DNA from: the human T2T-CHM13v2.0 reference genome, Homo sapiens
DNA: 64,000 nucleotides
Direction: 5' to 3' (one strand)
Assembly (NCBI RefSeq): GCF_009914755.1
Contig: NC_060939.1
The position numbers were made by a program, and so were the translations under genes. Within the stretch, counting starts at the first letter, position 1; every line of letters starts with the position of its first letter. Below, piece after piece: positions 25,395 to 38,384 of the stretch. The notes beneath the pieces are model-generated. The model saw only the letters and a program-made list of their open reading frames with translations, had not been told where the DNA came from and did not search any database.

Positions 25395-27793
25395 ATGTAG
25401 GTCAAGCAAGTCAACAGCTGAGCCAGGATTTCAACTCAGCTTCATTCTCCCTCAGTGAAGGCCCTTGTTCCCAAAGTCTCCACCTGAAGATGACTGTGAG
25501 GAACCTGGGTTTAAGTTTGCTTTCTGGGGCCCTCCAGCTTAAGTCCCTCTGGGCTTGTCCTCATACCCGATCTGAGAAGGTCAGGCCCCATCTCCCTCTC
25601 CACCAGACTCACTGAGTCCTGCTAGGTCTGAGCTACATGTGCACACTCTGGCTCCCTCCATTGGAAGGTCTTTGATGTTTTTTCTTCTCTTGACCCTGGG
25701 GTACCTAGCACCCTGTGTACTCTCTAGAGAGGGATCTGGGGGTTGTGGAAGCAGGACACCTGCAGAGTAAAGACTAGGGAAGGGTGACATCTGCAGCCCT
25801 GTGTAGGGCAACTGTGCAGAGCCCCTCTGCTTCCCAGGCCTCCTCCCCGCTCACCCAGGTGCTCATGGCTCTTCTGGATTATTTGAGACAAGGCTAGTTT
25901 GGCCACATCTGCTTTTCCCTGGTTGGGCTTCACGTATCAGTACTTTGAGGAGGAAGGGAGGAGTGGATGCTGGTGGGAGAATTCTGAGGCAGGATGGGGT
26001 GCGGGGGAGTCAGGCACACACTGTCCCTCATCTCTCGGATAGCAGCCTGGGAGTGGCCAGTGAAGGCGGCAGCAGGACAGATAAGGTGGCTGCCGCAGCT
26101 AACAGCCATGGCCAGGTCTTGTAAAAGGTTCTGATAGGAAGCTCTGCAGCCGGGAAGACGGCTGTGGGACTGAAATATTCTTGCAGCTCTCAATCTGACT
26201 TATATTTCCTTGGCTGACGGGAGTCTGATAAACACAGTGCCTCCACCTACCTGACAGTCACTCCTACACCCTGCCCAACTTCTCCTACGGAACAAAGAAA
26301 GATGCCAAATTTGCTATCTACCAACTCCCATTATTATAGGTGTGAAGCCAGTGGTGGGAGCCTTGGGGATGGTGCTAGTGACAGCTGCAGGTGTCATTTC
26401 TGTTACACTAGCCTCCTACCATATGCCAGGGGCTTAATTTCTAAGCACAGCCCATGGATTAACTCATTTAACAATCACAGCCAACTTTTGAGGTATGTGC
26501 TATTATTATCTCCATTTTATAGATGAAGAGCCTGAGGTTCCAGGAGCTTAAATATGCTCAGGGACTCACAGCTGTGAGCTGAGTTGGAATCTGACCCTCA
26601 CAGCCTGGCTCCAGAGTCACAATCCTCCCCATCACATTATCTTACCTCTGCAGCCACGTTCAAGACCAGATCCCTGAGGAAGGTCCTCTGGCCACCTACA
26701 AGAGCAGAAGCCTCTAGTCAGTGTCCTTCCTGGACACCATATTTTAAGGTGGATGCTGGCAAGTTGAGAGAAGCACCCAGAGCACCAGGATGCACGTGCT
26801 GTAAGGGATGGTTGGAAGACGAAGGATGAATGTCCTGGAGGCGGGGAGGCTCGGCCTGGTTTCCTGGCTCTGCTGAGCACTGCAGGAACTCCCAGAAGGA
26901 AAGACTAACATTGAGTGTGGTCAGGGAGGACATCACTGAGAAGGAGGAACTGGAGCTAAGTGGGACAAAGTGGAGAAAGCTTGCTGCAGGTAGAGGGAGA
27001 TACACGCATGGAAGCTCTGAGATGTAAAATAGCAAAGGCATGTTCAAGGAAGGATGATGGTCTGGTCTGGCCAGAACAGAAGAGGGTATGTGGGAGTGAT
27101 GAGATGAACCCACAGGAGTTGGAGTTTCACTGTGTCAACCCCTTAGACTGGTAAACGGGGTGCTGAGTTTTGCATGGAGACCTCTTTGCCATCCCCTGCC
27201 TGGCAAGACTGAGCCTGTTGCTCTCTGTGCCTGTTCCCTCAACATGCTCAACCCTTTGGGGAGTTTGGGAAGTCTGATTCCTTTCCTTGGTGAAGTTTGC
27301 TGTGTGCTCTCAGGATCCACTCAGAAGCCAGTGCAAAGCTCTGTTTCAGAAAGATTCTGCCCCCCACACCTGGGAAGGCCCCGTAACTGAAGACCACAGA
27401 GCTGATGGATGGGAGATGAGTCACGGATGGAAGGAAAGGTTTTTCTGTGGGTGGCCGGAAGGAGCCCTGCTTCTGGATCTTAGAACTGTAAAGACACATG
27501 GCTCTGTGGCCCAAATGAGAAGCCATGTTCAGTGGGCTGCCCTGGAGGAGGGGGCTCCAGCATTCTGCAGAGTTAACTCATTTCATATCATTTCCCCTGG
27601 TTGGTGTCAGAACCCTGGATGAAACCAAAGGCCTGACAGCTTCCACGTGTGGTGTCCACTCCTGACCCCTTTGGCAGGGCACAGAGCTTTTTGGCATCTG
27701 CATATCAGGGAGTAAGAGTCCATTGCAGTAAATGAAATCTTTCTAAGATTATTATTACTTAAAGTCTGATACTTGTTTAAAGAAGGATTCTGT

Positions 27794-27950
27794 GCTGGGT
27801 GTGGTGGCACCCACCTGTAGTCCCAGCATTTTGGGATCCCCAGGCAGGAGGATTTTTTGAGCCCAGGAGTTCGAGACTACAGTGAGCTGTGATCACACCA
27901 CTGCATTCCAGCCTGGGTGACAGGGCAAGACCCAACCCAGTATCTGAAAA
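27794..27950 (+). mobile_element. Alu right monomer (FRAM/AluJ-like)
   Basis: Monomer only; TSD-like gaaggattctgt/gaggactctgt. Confidence 0.85.
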
Positions 27951-27963
27951 AGAAGGAGGACTC

Positions 27964-28451
27964 TGTGATAGATGGAATAATGACCCCTAAATATATTCAT
28001 GTCCTGATCTTCAGTACCCATGAATGTTAGCTTATGTGATAAAAGGGACTTTGCAGATGTGGTAAATTAAGGTTCTGGAGATGGGAGATTATCTTGGATT
28101 ATCTGGGTGGGCCAAATGTGATCACAAGGGTCCTTAAAAGAGGGACACAGGAAGGTCAGAGTCAGAAGAAAGTGACGTGATGACAGGGGCAGCGACTGGA
28201 GTGATGCACGTTAAAGATGGCGGAAGGGGTCATGAGCCAAGGAACACAGGCAGCCACTCAAATCTGAAAAGGGCAAGGAACAGATTCTCCTCTGGAGCCT
28301 CCATGAGGAACCAGCCCTGTTGACACCTTGATTTATCCCCGTTAGATTCATTTCATACTTGTGACTCCCAAGGCTATAAGAGAATAAATTTATGTTGTTT
28401 TAAGCCCCTAAGTTTACGGTAATTTGTTACTGCAGGATAGGAAACTAATAC
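27964..28451 (+). mobile_element. MLT1 (MLT1C/D-like) MaLR LTR
   Basis: aaaagggactttgcagatgtg, gggagattatcttggattat, agaataaatttatgttgttttaagcc...gaaactaatac. Confidence 0.85.
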
Positions 28452-30211
28452 CAACTCCATAGGAGATATTTTCTCAAATTTGCCCTGCGTCAATTTCACA
28501 TCTTGAATAAGATACTTCAAAAAAAACCCCACAATCTCACTGAGTCTGCAGAATCCCAGAAGAGTAAACATCCCTAGAAACACTGCAGGCATACAGGATA
28601 TGCGCAGGGTGAAGGGGCAGGCAAGAGTCAGCTCTTCCTGTGGAGGAGAGAGCAGGACAGTGTCACTGGAGTGGGTGTTACTCAGGGCTAATTATAACCA
28701 TGGCCTTCACATGTGAACACTGGCAGTGTCTGGGGGCTGAGGCCAGTGCTCCATTGCTCCAGTTAAGATCACAGCGAAAGCCAAGCCGTGTAGGTGGTGT
28801 GGTTCAGGCTGGGTATCCACATGGGAGGTTACTGCTGTCTGTAATTGTATCCTCAAATGGAAGAGAAAGTATCCATAAGCCAGGTCAGCAACCTCAGTGA
28901 AGAGCCCAACGAATTTAGAGCCCGCCTAAGATCTCTTTATTCCATAAAAGAGTGTGGGATTGTTGTGGAGGCAGAATTTGCGGCTATAAATCAAAGGCAG
29001 TTCTAAAGTTTGAACTCTTGTCACCCTGCACCGTTCTTGAGATGCATTTTCTGCACAGAGTGGGGAGGAAGGGACTGCATTTGGCAAGAGATTGAGTGGA
29101 GTGATGGGAGGGAGAGAATGGAGAGAAAACAGAGGGGTTAGGTGCAGACCACAGGTTCAGGGGCTCTGATTACAGCAGGAGAAAGACTGGCAATTACTAG
29201 GAGGGGTAGCAGAACTGGAAAAGGTCTTTTGTTTGTTAGTTTTTTAAGGATGGGAAGGTCTAGAGAAGTTTGAAGACGGAATATAAGGAGCCCAAATGAA
29301 GGAAGAAATGAAATTACTAGTGGAGGGAGTCCAGGGCCTTAAGGATATGGAAAGGGGTAAGACTGGGGGTCAGTGCACAAGTCGGGAGAGCATCCTCTCC
29401 ACCGACACCAGAGGAAGGGTGGGGGATGGTGAGGAGCTCAGTACAGAGTTGGGTGGAGGCCGTTCTTCACTGCTCCACGTGGTACCATGGAGGCATCCAG
29501 AGCCAGGCCACAGTGGTGGATGCAGAAGCTCCAATCTGGCTCTTTCTGGAGCCCCAGGCTGTAGATACACACTCTACATGAGGCTGAGGTAAGCAGAATA
29601 GGGATTTGCCTGCTTTAACAGATTATGAATTTGCACTGCTGTAAAGCAGGGGCTTTAAAGACAGAGGGGTTCTGTTTTATCTTCCTAAGATCGGCAATCT
29701 ACGGTATCATCCAGAGACCAGGTTTCTTCTCTCCCGTTGCTCTGCCATCTCTGGGGCATGGTGCTCACCTGCATGGGCGAGGCTGGCCTGCCAGCCCCCA
29801 GAAAAGAGCAAGAGGAGGGCAGTCTGGAGGTGGCACTTATCACTTCTCAAACCTTACAGCCACACCTAACTACAGGGAGGCTGAGAAATGTCATTCCCTT
29901 GGGTGGCCCTGTGTCCAGCTAAAATGCAGGAGTCTAGGACTGAAAAACAGAAGAGGAGACAAATATTAGGGGACAATTAGCCATTTCTGCCAAAGGCTTC
30001 AGACCTAAGCCTGTGTAACTGTGAGATCTGGGTCTGCATGCAGGCGTGTGACTTCACCTCCCTGACCTTCATCCTTCTGTAACATGAGACCACTGTGCAC
30101 ACCAGGCATGGCGATGAGTAAGCAGCAGCCATGGAGGCACCTGGCAGGGGCCCAGAACTCAGTGGGCATGCAGTACCTGCTGTTGTTTACCGTCCTCCCT
30201 TTCTGCCCTAG

Positions 30212-30387
30212 GGAAACCAATGTACCTGCACATCGGGGAGGAGATAGACGGCGTGGACATGCGGGCGGAGGTTGGGCTTCTGAGCCGGAACATCATAGTG
30301 ATGGGGGAGATGGAGGACAAATGCTACCCCTACAGAAACCACATCTGCAATTTCTTTGACTTCGATACCTTTGGGGGCCACATCAAG
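30212..30387 (+). CDS. CEMIP: CEMIP exon J (176 nt): GKPMYLHIGEEIDGVDMRAEVGLLSRNI...FGGHIK
   Basis: gccctag|GG acceptor; CAAG|gtatg donor. Confidence 0.96.
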
Positions 30388-30828
30388 GTATGTGTCTCTC
30401 TGGCAGAGTCTTTCAACCCAACCAGGAGAGTTCCTATGATGTCGGCCTCTAGACGGGCCTTCTTGGTAGGGATGAGGGTGGGGGAACAGGAGGTGGGATC
30501 AAGGGGAGGGCGCCTTCTGGAAGTTTGAGAAGTCTTATGTATTATCCATTAGTGTGCAGCTCCCCCCCACCAATATTTGGGAATAAGAGAGATGATGGAG
30601 CTAACTCAGCAACAAACAGCTCTCTGCTCTCGGCCACGTGGTACACATCACACTGTTTCAACATTGCCTTCATTCCTTGTCTTCATTATTTCATGATTAC
30701 TTCATTATTGCCCTGATCACTTCCTAAAAGAACTAGCATTTAACTTGCAAAAGGTCACATTTACAATGGATCCATTACCATATAGATAAAACAATAAGCA
30801 GGTGAGAGGAACTAGAAGTCACAGCATT

Positions 30829-31135
30829 GGCTGGGCGTGGTGGCTCCCGCCTGTAATCCCAACACTTTGGGGAGCCAAGGCGGGTGGATCACCTGAGGTC
30901 AGGAATTCGAGACCAGCCTGGCCACCATGGTGAAACCCCGTCTCTACTAAAAATACAAAAATTAGCTGGGCTGGTGGCGGGCGCCTGTAATCCCAGCTAC
31001 TTGGGAGGCTGAGACAGGAGAATTGCTTGAACCCAGGAGGCAGAGGTTCAGGGAGCCGAGATCTCACCACTGCACTCCAGCCTGGTGACAGAGTGAGACT
31101 CCATCTCAAAACAAAAACAACAACAAAAACAAAAA
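30829..31135 (+). mobile_element. Alu
   Basis: TSD agaagtcacagcatt/agaagttgtagcatt; (CAA)-patterned tail. Confidence 0.95.
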
Positions 31136-32644
31136 GAAGTTGTAGCATTAAATTTACCTGTGAGTTTCCTGGCTAGAGTCAAGACAAAGAAGAGACATAG
31201 TGAGCTGCAGGGTTCTTACCGCACAATATAGGAAAACGATACTAATTTACTGGTGCTTACGTTTTCCTAGTATTAAGCTCAAAGAGGAATTTCTTTTATA
31301 TCACAATGCAAAGTGCCTTTTCCAGGCATATTATATTGCTTAAGATACCCACAATTTCTTCATGTGGTAATTGGTTTCAATGCCAATAGCATAATATTAC
31401 CTCAGAGTTTTGCTAAGACAGTTCTCGTAAAGCTAATATCACGCACTTTAAGGATAAGACTTTTTGGTAGTGGAACTGAAGAGACAAATGGAGTGAAACT
31501 TACAGCATTCACAATGGGGGCCCTACTGGCATTTTATGTGAGATGACTCTTTGTCACATAGGCCTATATTATAGGATTTCTATCATCCCTGGCCCCTACT
31601 CATTCAATGCTAGCAGCGCTCCCCAGTTATTATCACCACCAAAAACGCTTTATATATCCAGTCATCTCCTGGGTATAGGGTGGGGCAGAGGTGATGGTAC
31701 TGTCCTCAGTTGAGAAACTCATTAGTGATACTAAAGCAGAAATAGCAGGTCTATGTCACACAAGCTGCTATAGCCCCCTTTTCAATCCTGAGACCAGTCC
31801 CTGAATGATCAGGGGACTCTTTCCCACTGAGCTCAAACTAGCCCTCAGAATCATTCTCAACACAGCTCTCCAGGGCCGCTACTACTGGAGTTGACACTCC
31901 AGTTGACACCTATTTTTGGAAGAAATGGTTAGCATGCCAAGACTATCCTTCTTTAGTAGAGGTTAGCTGAGCCTGACTTTTGACAGGATTCATTTTCAGA
32001 CTGTGTTTTCATGGTAGGCACCCTGGAGGGCAGGAGTTCCGTGTGGTCAAGAGGTTTTCTTGAGCCTGAAAGAATGGGTCTATGCATATCGTGAAGTGAG
32101 TGTGTGGCATTCCCTCCACTCACACACATGCCACCAGAACATGGGCTCATGAAGATTCCAGAGTCGGTGTTCCCTTTCCCTTTGCTAGGAGAAGGTCTTG
32201 GGTGGGAGACAATGGCAAAGGCTCTTGCTGCTCCATACTTCACTGTAACCTGGATTCCCCATGGTCATAGGGCATGCTTTTTGCCAGCCCACTCCTCCAG
32301 ATTATCTCAGAGTTATCCCTTGCTCATAACACTTGATGGTTTGGGAGACAGGAAAGGAGGTTCAAAGTGAGCCCCAGCTATAGCATAGCTCTTCAGAACA
32401 TCTCATTTCTAAGCACTCCATTTCCTCACAATGTCCTCTGTCATTAGCAGTGCCTTGCCTGTCTTCCACAGTATAAGAAGGGCCAGGCATTCTAACCCAT
32501 TTGCAGAGAATATCTTTGATTTACTGAGTACTAAGTGGAGACTGACAAAGAACAATGCCTCTGCATCTTTGGAATATGGGCACCAGCCAGGGAAATCACA
32601 AAGCATCTCATGGGCTCCTCTGACTCTCGGTTCTCCTCTCCTAG

Positions 32645-32854
32645 TTTGCTCTGGGATTTAAGGCAGCACACTTGGAGGGCACGGAGCTGAAGCATATGGG
32701 ACAGCAGCTGGTGGGTCAGTACCCGATTCACTTCCACCTGGCCGGTGATGTAGACGAAAGGGGAGGTTATGACCCACCCACATACATCAGGGACCTCTCC
32801 ATCCATCATACATTCTCTCGCTGCGTCACAGTCCATGGCTCCAATGGCTTGTTG
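32645..32854 (+). CDS. CEMIP: CEMIP exon K (210 nt): FALGFKAAHLEGTELKHMGQQLVGQYPIHFHL...VHGSNGLL, start of PbH1 region
   Basis: ctcctag|TTT acceptor; GTTG|gtaag donor. Confidence 0.96.
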
Positions 32855-33609
32855 GTAAGAACCTCCTTCCCTCAGGGAACTCTGGGGATGGGCCATGGAT
32901 GGTTAGCACTGGAGGGGTGTTTGGATGTAGACACTTAATCCAGGGCCTTTGGGGATTGAACCATCCTTAGTTCAGGTTTCAGAAAGATATCAACTGGGAG
33001 CAGATCACCAACCAAACAGGAAGGAGAAAATAGAGGTTTGTCCTTACCAAAGGTACCAAGCAGAGATGGGAGAGTGATTACTTTGTGGTGGTTTCTGGGA
33101 GTCCAGTTTTTCCTGTACTTCATTGGCATCACATGAAATCTGGAGATCATTCCACGGCCACACAGCATGACAGCTCTGCTAACTGCAGACAGGGGGATCA
33201 TGCGAAGACCCGGCTGTGGTATCTACCCAACAGATTTGAGATGGTGACAACAATGGGCTTTTTTTCTTCTGATGAACCAAGTGTTCCTTCAGAGCAAGTG
33301 CTGCTGGGAGAAATACTCTCATTAACAAATTGGCATGTGTATCAGAGGCTTGTCTTGATTTCCACAGATAATTTTCGTACTAAATTGACCTTTCTCGAAG
33401 TGAACTACATTTCTATCCTCTGTAAAGTTTAACACTGGACATCACAAAATGGTACCCCGCAAGCTGAATCTAGCAACCAGATATGTTTTGTTTGGCTTAT
33501 ACTGTGTTTAGAGAAACATTTGAACATTTTTACACTAAATTGATAATTTTACACTAAATTGGACTTTCTTTAAATGAACTACACTTTATATCCTCTATAA
33601 ACTTTAAAA

Positions 33610-33982
33610 CCGGATGTCACAGAATGACACCCTTTAAGCTGAATCCAGCTACACGATGTGTTTTGTTTGGCTTAAATAGTGGTTAAAGAAACATTTGAAT
33701 TAGTTTCCATCATTTAAAAATTAAGAGATTCTACATAAAAATCTGGATTCCTGGCTTCTTTTGAAAAGTAGGATGAGTTGGCAATGCCCATCCTGCCTCC
33801 CTGCATGGCAACAATGGCTTAGAGCAGAGTCAAGGCTGCCTCCCCTAAGACAGGTGGGTGGGCATTCTCCAGTGTGCAGCAGGCCTACCGTGGCTGTTAC
33901 AATTACTGTAAAACCCCAGGCCGGTGCCACTCCTTTCATTGCCTGCTGGTCCCTGTGGGCATTTGAGTTTGTAAGCACTGCT
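33610..33982 (+). mobile_element. MER102-like hAT-Charlie element
   Basis: tgtgttttgtttggc...cataaaaatctggatt...catggcaacaat...catttgagtttg. Confidence 0.7.
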
Positions 33983-35071
33983 TTAAACCAAGCAGAGCGA
34001 GCCTCGCCAACAGGCATATGGTTATGGGAAAATGAGGAGGCTGTCTGTGTGACACTAGTGTGGTTCTATTTGATGTACTCTTCTATTATAAAGGATTGTC
34101 TGTTGTTTCTGTGTTTTAAATGCTCTGATTTAAAACCTCCCACTGAGTAAAGAGAAGAGATCATCGGCTTTGGAGCCCAGTCTAGGGGGGCCTGGGTTCA
34201 AGGGCTTGATCCACAGATTGTGAGCTGTGGGACCTTGGGCAAGTAGCTTAACCTCTCTGAACCTCAGTTTCCTGCTCAGTCAAGTGGAGAAACAACACCA
34301 AACACATAGGGCTGTCGTGAGGATGAATGAGATGCAAGTGGGTTTCATGTGGAGATGCTGTCCACACATGAAGGCTGATTCTCCCCAGCAGGTGGTAGAG
34401 GACTGTGCTGGAGCCATTGCTGGAAGATGTAGGATTTTTTTCTGTCTCAAGGAAAAAGGAAAGGAGAATGTTTTCTGGCTGAAGCTGAAAGACATCAAGA
34501 TTTACAATAAATTCAGAATGTCAGGGATAAGCATGGGCTCTGGAGCCAGACTTCCTGGGTTGCGATTGGAGTTCTGCCGCTTACAAGCCATGTGATCTTG
34601 GGCCAGTCATTTTACTGCTCTGTGCTTCTGTAAAACGGAGAGGATGGCACTGCTTACCCTACATGGTTGCTTCCAGGATTGAGCAAGCAGAGAACATGGA
34701 AAGCATGGAGCCCAGTGTGTGGCCCACACTTTGCCCTGGGTGCAGGTCTCAGGTCTGTCCTGCTCCCTCATGCGATTTGCAGAACCAGTGCAATGGATGC
34801 AGTCACACCTTTCTCACACAGGGTGGTGATGGAGGTCAGGATACATGGTGAAGAGAACAATGTAGAATTGGTTAGGAAAGATAACAGGCTTCACTGAGTC
34901 TTTGGAGCTTTACTTGTTCTAAGCATTTTTGTTGAAGTTCTATTCATAAATTTAGCTTAAATTCACCTACATTTAACTTTACTAAAGAGAAAGATATTAA
35001 GATTACTGGAAGCCTGTAATTACAGATCTGGAGCAGTTTGAATGGAAGCTGTTGTGAATCTCAGGGAAAAT

Positions 35072-35102
35072 ACACCACACACACACACACACACACACAC
35101 AC
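35072..35102. repeat. (CA)n microsatellite
   Basis: Seen directly. Confidence 0.95.
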
Positions 35103-35440
35103 CCTGGAGTGTGGTTGTGTGGCTGTGCTTTCTCACTCACTTGCTGTGTGACCACTGGCAAGCTACTTGACCAGGCAGGTCTTCAGTTTCCTCACACGTG
35201 CTGTGGAGAATGTGATGGCTTCCTCTCAGGGTGGTTCAGTTAGAAAATGCCTGTGAAATGTTTTTGGCTGTCTTTGGAATAGCAAACCTTTCTCAGAGTG
35301 CTGAGCCCAGGTCTTAGCTGCAGCAATGGACTCAAAAAGGGGGAAGCGGCACAAGAATGGCTGGTGGCAGGGGCATAGGCCTTGGGCACTCTAGGACACC
35401 CAGCAGGGCAGTGTTGAGAGTGAGCATCCTGGCAGGGCTG

Positions 35441-35790
35441 GAGGCTGGGAGAGGCTGGGATTGCTGGGAGAGGCTGGGAGAGCTGACAGAGGCTGGGATT
35501 GCTGGGAAAGGCTGGGAGAGCTGGGAGAGGCTGGGAGAGCTGGGAGAGGCTGTGATTGCTGGGAGAGGCTGGGAGAGGCTGGGAGAGCTGGGAGAGGCTG
35601 AGATTGCTGGGAAAGGCTGGGAGAGCTGGGAGAGGCTGGGAGAGCTGGGAGAGGCTGTGATTGCTGGGAGAGGCTGGGAGAGGCTGGGAGAGCTGGGAGA
35701 GGCTGAGATTGCTGGGAAAGGCTGGGAGAGCTGGGAGAGGCTGGGAGAGCTGGGAGAGGCTGGGAGAGACTGGGAAAGACTGGGAAAGAT
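35441..35790. repeat. G-rich minisatellite of 9-10-bp GCTGGGAGA(G) units with 105-bp higher-order period
   Basis: Seen directly; the 35-aa period in ORF 35357..35797 reflects alternating 57+48-bp blocks. Confidence 0.95.
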
Positions 35791-38384
35791 GGCATAGGCC
35801 TTGAGCCAGGAGTGTGAGTTCATGAAGATAGGCTGGGGGAGTGAGAGATGCGTGGGGCAAGAGGGAAGGCAGCAGTTCAGGGGTAGCCCATGGAGCTGTA
35901 TCTGGAGCAGCCACGTGGGTCACTTCTACCCACAGTGGAGGTGGACTCTTGTAGCCAGAGCTGTGGACAACCTCTCAGAACCAGAAGACCCTTGCTGCCC
36001 TGTATGCCAAGGTCTCCCTCCGGCCTGGGTCTCAGGGATGCCAGCTGCAAACTGGGAGGGCCATTGTACAGACACTAGGTGGCTGAGGTACCAGTTACAG
36101 CCTGGTCTTGGTGGCCACATAGAGGTCCAGCCTCACTCAGCTTGATGGCCAAGCTGGTGGGTTAGGATTTGGAGTCTGCAGGCCTTGAGGCCTTCCCAAG
36201 GTAAAACCAAATTGTCCTGGCTTAGAATCTAGATGAAGTGCAGGCCTCTAACTCTTTAAGCCAGACAGACAGCAGGGTAATGGAGCACATTCCAGTGCCC
36301 TTCCCTAAGATCTCCAAGAGCCATCCCCCGCATGGGAATTGGGTTTATGGATTGGCACCTCACCCTGTAAATGCTCCGCCACTGGGGCAGAGATTTCCAC
36401 ATTCGGAGATGCTGCCTTGGGAACTGGATGATCTCCATCAGTATTTTACATTTGCTTCCTTCATTTTGGCTTGAAGGATTTACTCACGGCTGACTATGTT
36501 TGGAAAGATGTTTTTAGCTGATGGGACAAAAAGAGGCCAAATACAGACAAAGACGAGATCCTGATTTGGAATGTAGAGGCCACTCAGTAGCATCACAGAA
36601 GCCTTTTTCCTAAACAGCATCCCTGATCTGAAGGAGGAAGAGATTCCAGACAAGCAGATACTGGCTCGGGAGAAAGAGGGATTTGTAGGTGTGCAGAGCT
36701 GAGAGTGCCTTAAAGCCTGGCTCTGGGCTGATCCTACAGTGTCCTGGTAGCCCCTAGCTCATGAGCTCCTCTCTCCCTGCTGCCTGTAGACAGGCTCTGA
36801 TATCCTTTATCCTCAGAGGACAGCTTCCCTCATCCCTAATTCCCCCGTGGGCAGCCACCTTTGCTCTTTCCCTTTCTTCACCACCAACTCTTGGGAAGGG
36901 TGGTCTGAAATTCCTCCAACTCCTGCTTCTTACTCCTGTCCTGACACAAATGTGGCCTTCTCAACTTTTGCTCTCTCTGAGCCTTGCTGATGGTTCTCAA
37001 CAATGTCATTCAAAATGTCACCACCAAGCTCAGCAAACCCACTGCTGTCTCTCCTGCTTCATTCAACTCCTAACTCTTTCTTGATATAACAGTTACTGTG
37101 GGCTTCAGTAGAACATTGAGGTAAAAGAGCATAGAGTCACAGAGACCTGTGTTTTCATCTGCCAGTATGGCCTTGGGGGACTGATGGAAATTTTGTGGGA
37201 CTCAGTTCCTTCCTGTGTGAAGGGAGGATGATGACAGAACTGAGTTCAAAGGGTCTTTAGGAAGATTAAACCAGATAATGTATGTGATATGGTCAGCAAT
37301 GATATTAAATAGTATTGCTTATTAAATAGTATCACTGTGTGCCTCTGTATCTAACTGTGTTCTGTGTAAACATCGCTGGTTCTGTGAGATAGTAGCAAGT
37401 ATCCAAACAAACAAAAAGACACTGGCCTCTGTAGTTAAATGACCTTGGCAAACACAGCATACATGCCTTCTTTCCCTGTTTTGGAAATTCACGATGCGTG
37501 CTAGCAGAGCAAAGGCTTGCAATAAAAATACATGCTTAGCTTTGGTTATCCTAGCGATGCCTAAACTCATTCGCATCTTACAGAGCTGGTGTTCCGTAAC
37601 ACAGTTTGTAACAGAGAAGCACTGGAAAATGCTTCTCACTACATTGATACTGTCAGTGGTGTCTTTCTTGAAATGCAATGGTTAGCACCAAAGCTGCAGG
37701 ATGCAGGCAGATGTGGGGTGCAGTCTGCCTTCAAAGGAAGGCTCTATGGCACAGTATCTGTAGGCTGGATAGTGGGGGTGGGGGATGCAAAATGGGCCCC
37801 CACTTCATCTTAACATGTGTTTCTGAACTCTGAGGCAGGACATAGGGGGATTCACCTTCCTGTTTTTCCTGAAGGAAAGTAATGGAATGGTCCAGTACTT
37901 TTGTGGAAGGACAAAATGACTTCAATATGGGTTCTGCTTGTTTCCTCCTCCCTTCCCTCTTTAAGGCAGAGAATGGGAGAAGATACCATGCTCTTTCCTT
38001 CTTTTCCTCCTCGTGTATTGCTCAAAATGTGCTATCTTTGACATAAATGCTTCCAATAGCCACAAGATGCTTGAAACCAGGATGTCCCCAACAGGCTGCC
38101 ACATGTGGCCCTGCAGGTTGTGCTCTGCACTGCTCCAGGGGTGCCATCTATATGGACTGCAGCCAGTCCCCAGGTGCCCCAGCCCCAGGGACACATCCTC
38201 CCTCTGGCATTCTATGAAAGATGGCTGAGCCCCCTGTGTCTTTGGCAGGAAATCCAGGGCCCTCTCTCCTGGACTCAAAGCTCTGGGATTTGTGGGAGAA
38301 GCTTCCGCTTTTCCTGGTTACCTCCCTCTTTCAGTTTCTTGAATTCACATTCTCAATTCTTGATTCATGTAGCTGCTCTCATCT

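Noticed and set aside
35240-35923. Long ORFs on both strands (up to 227 aa)
   Set aside because: Artefact of a stop-poor minisatellite; low-complexity translations with no splice or promoter support
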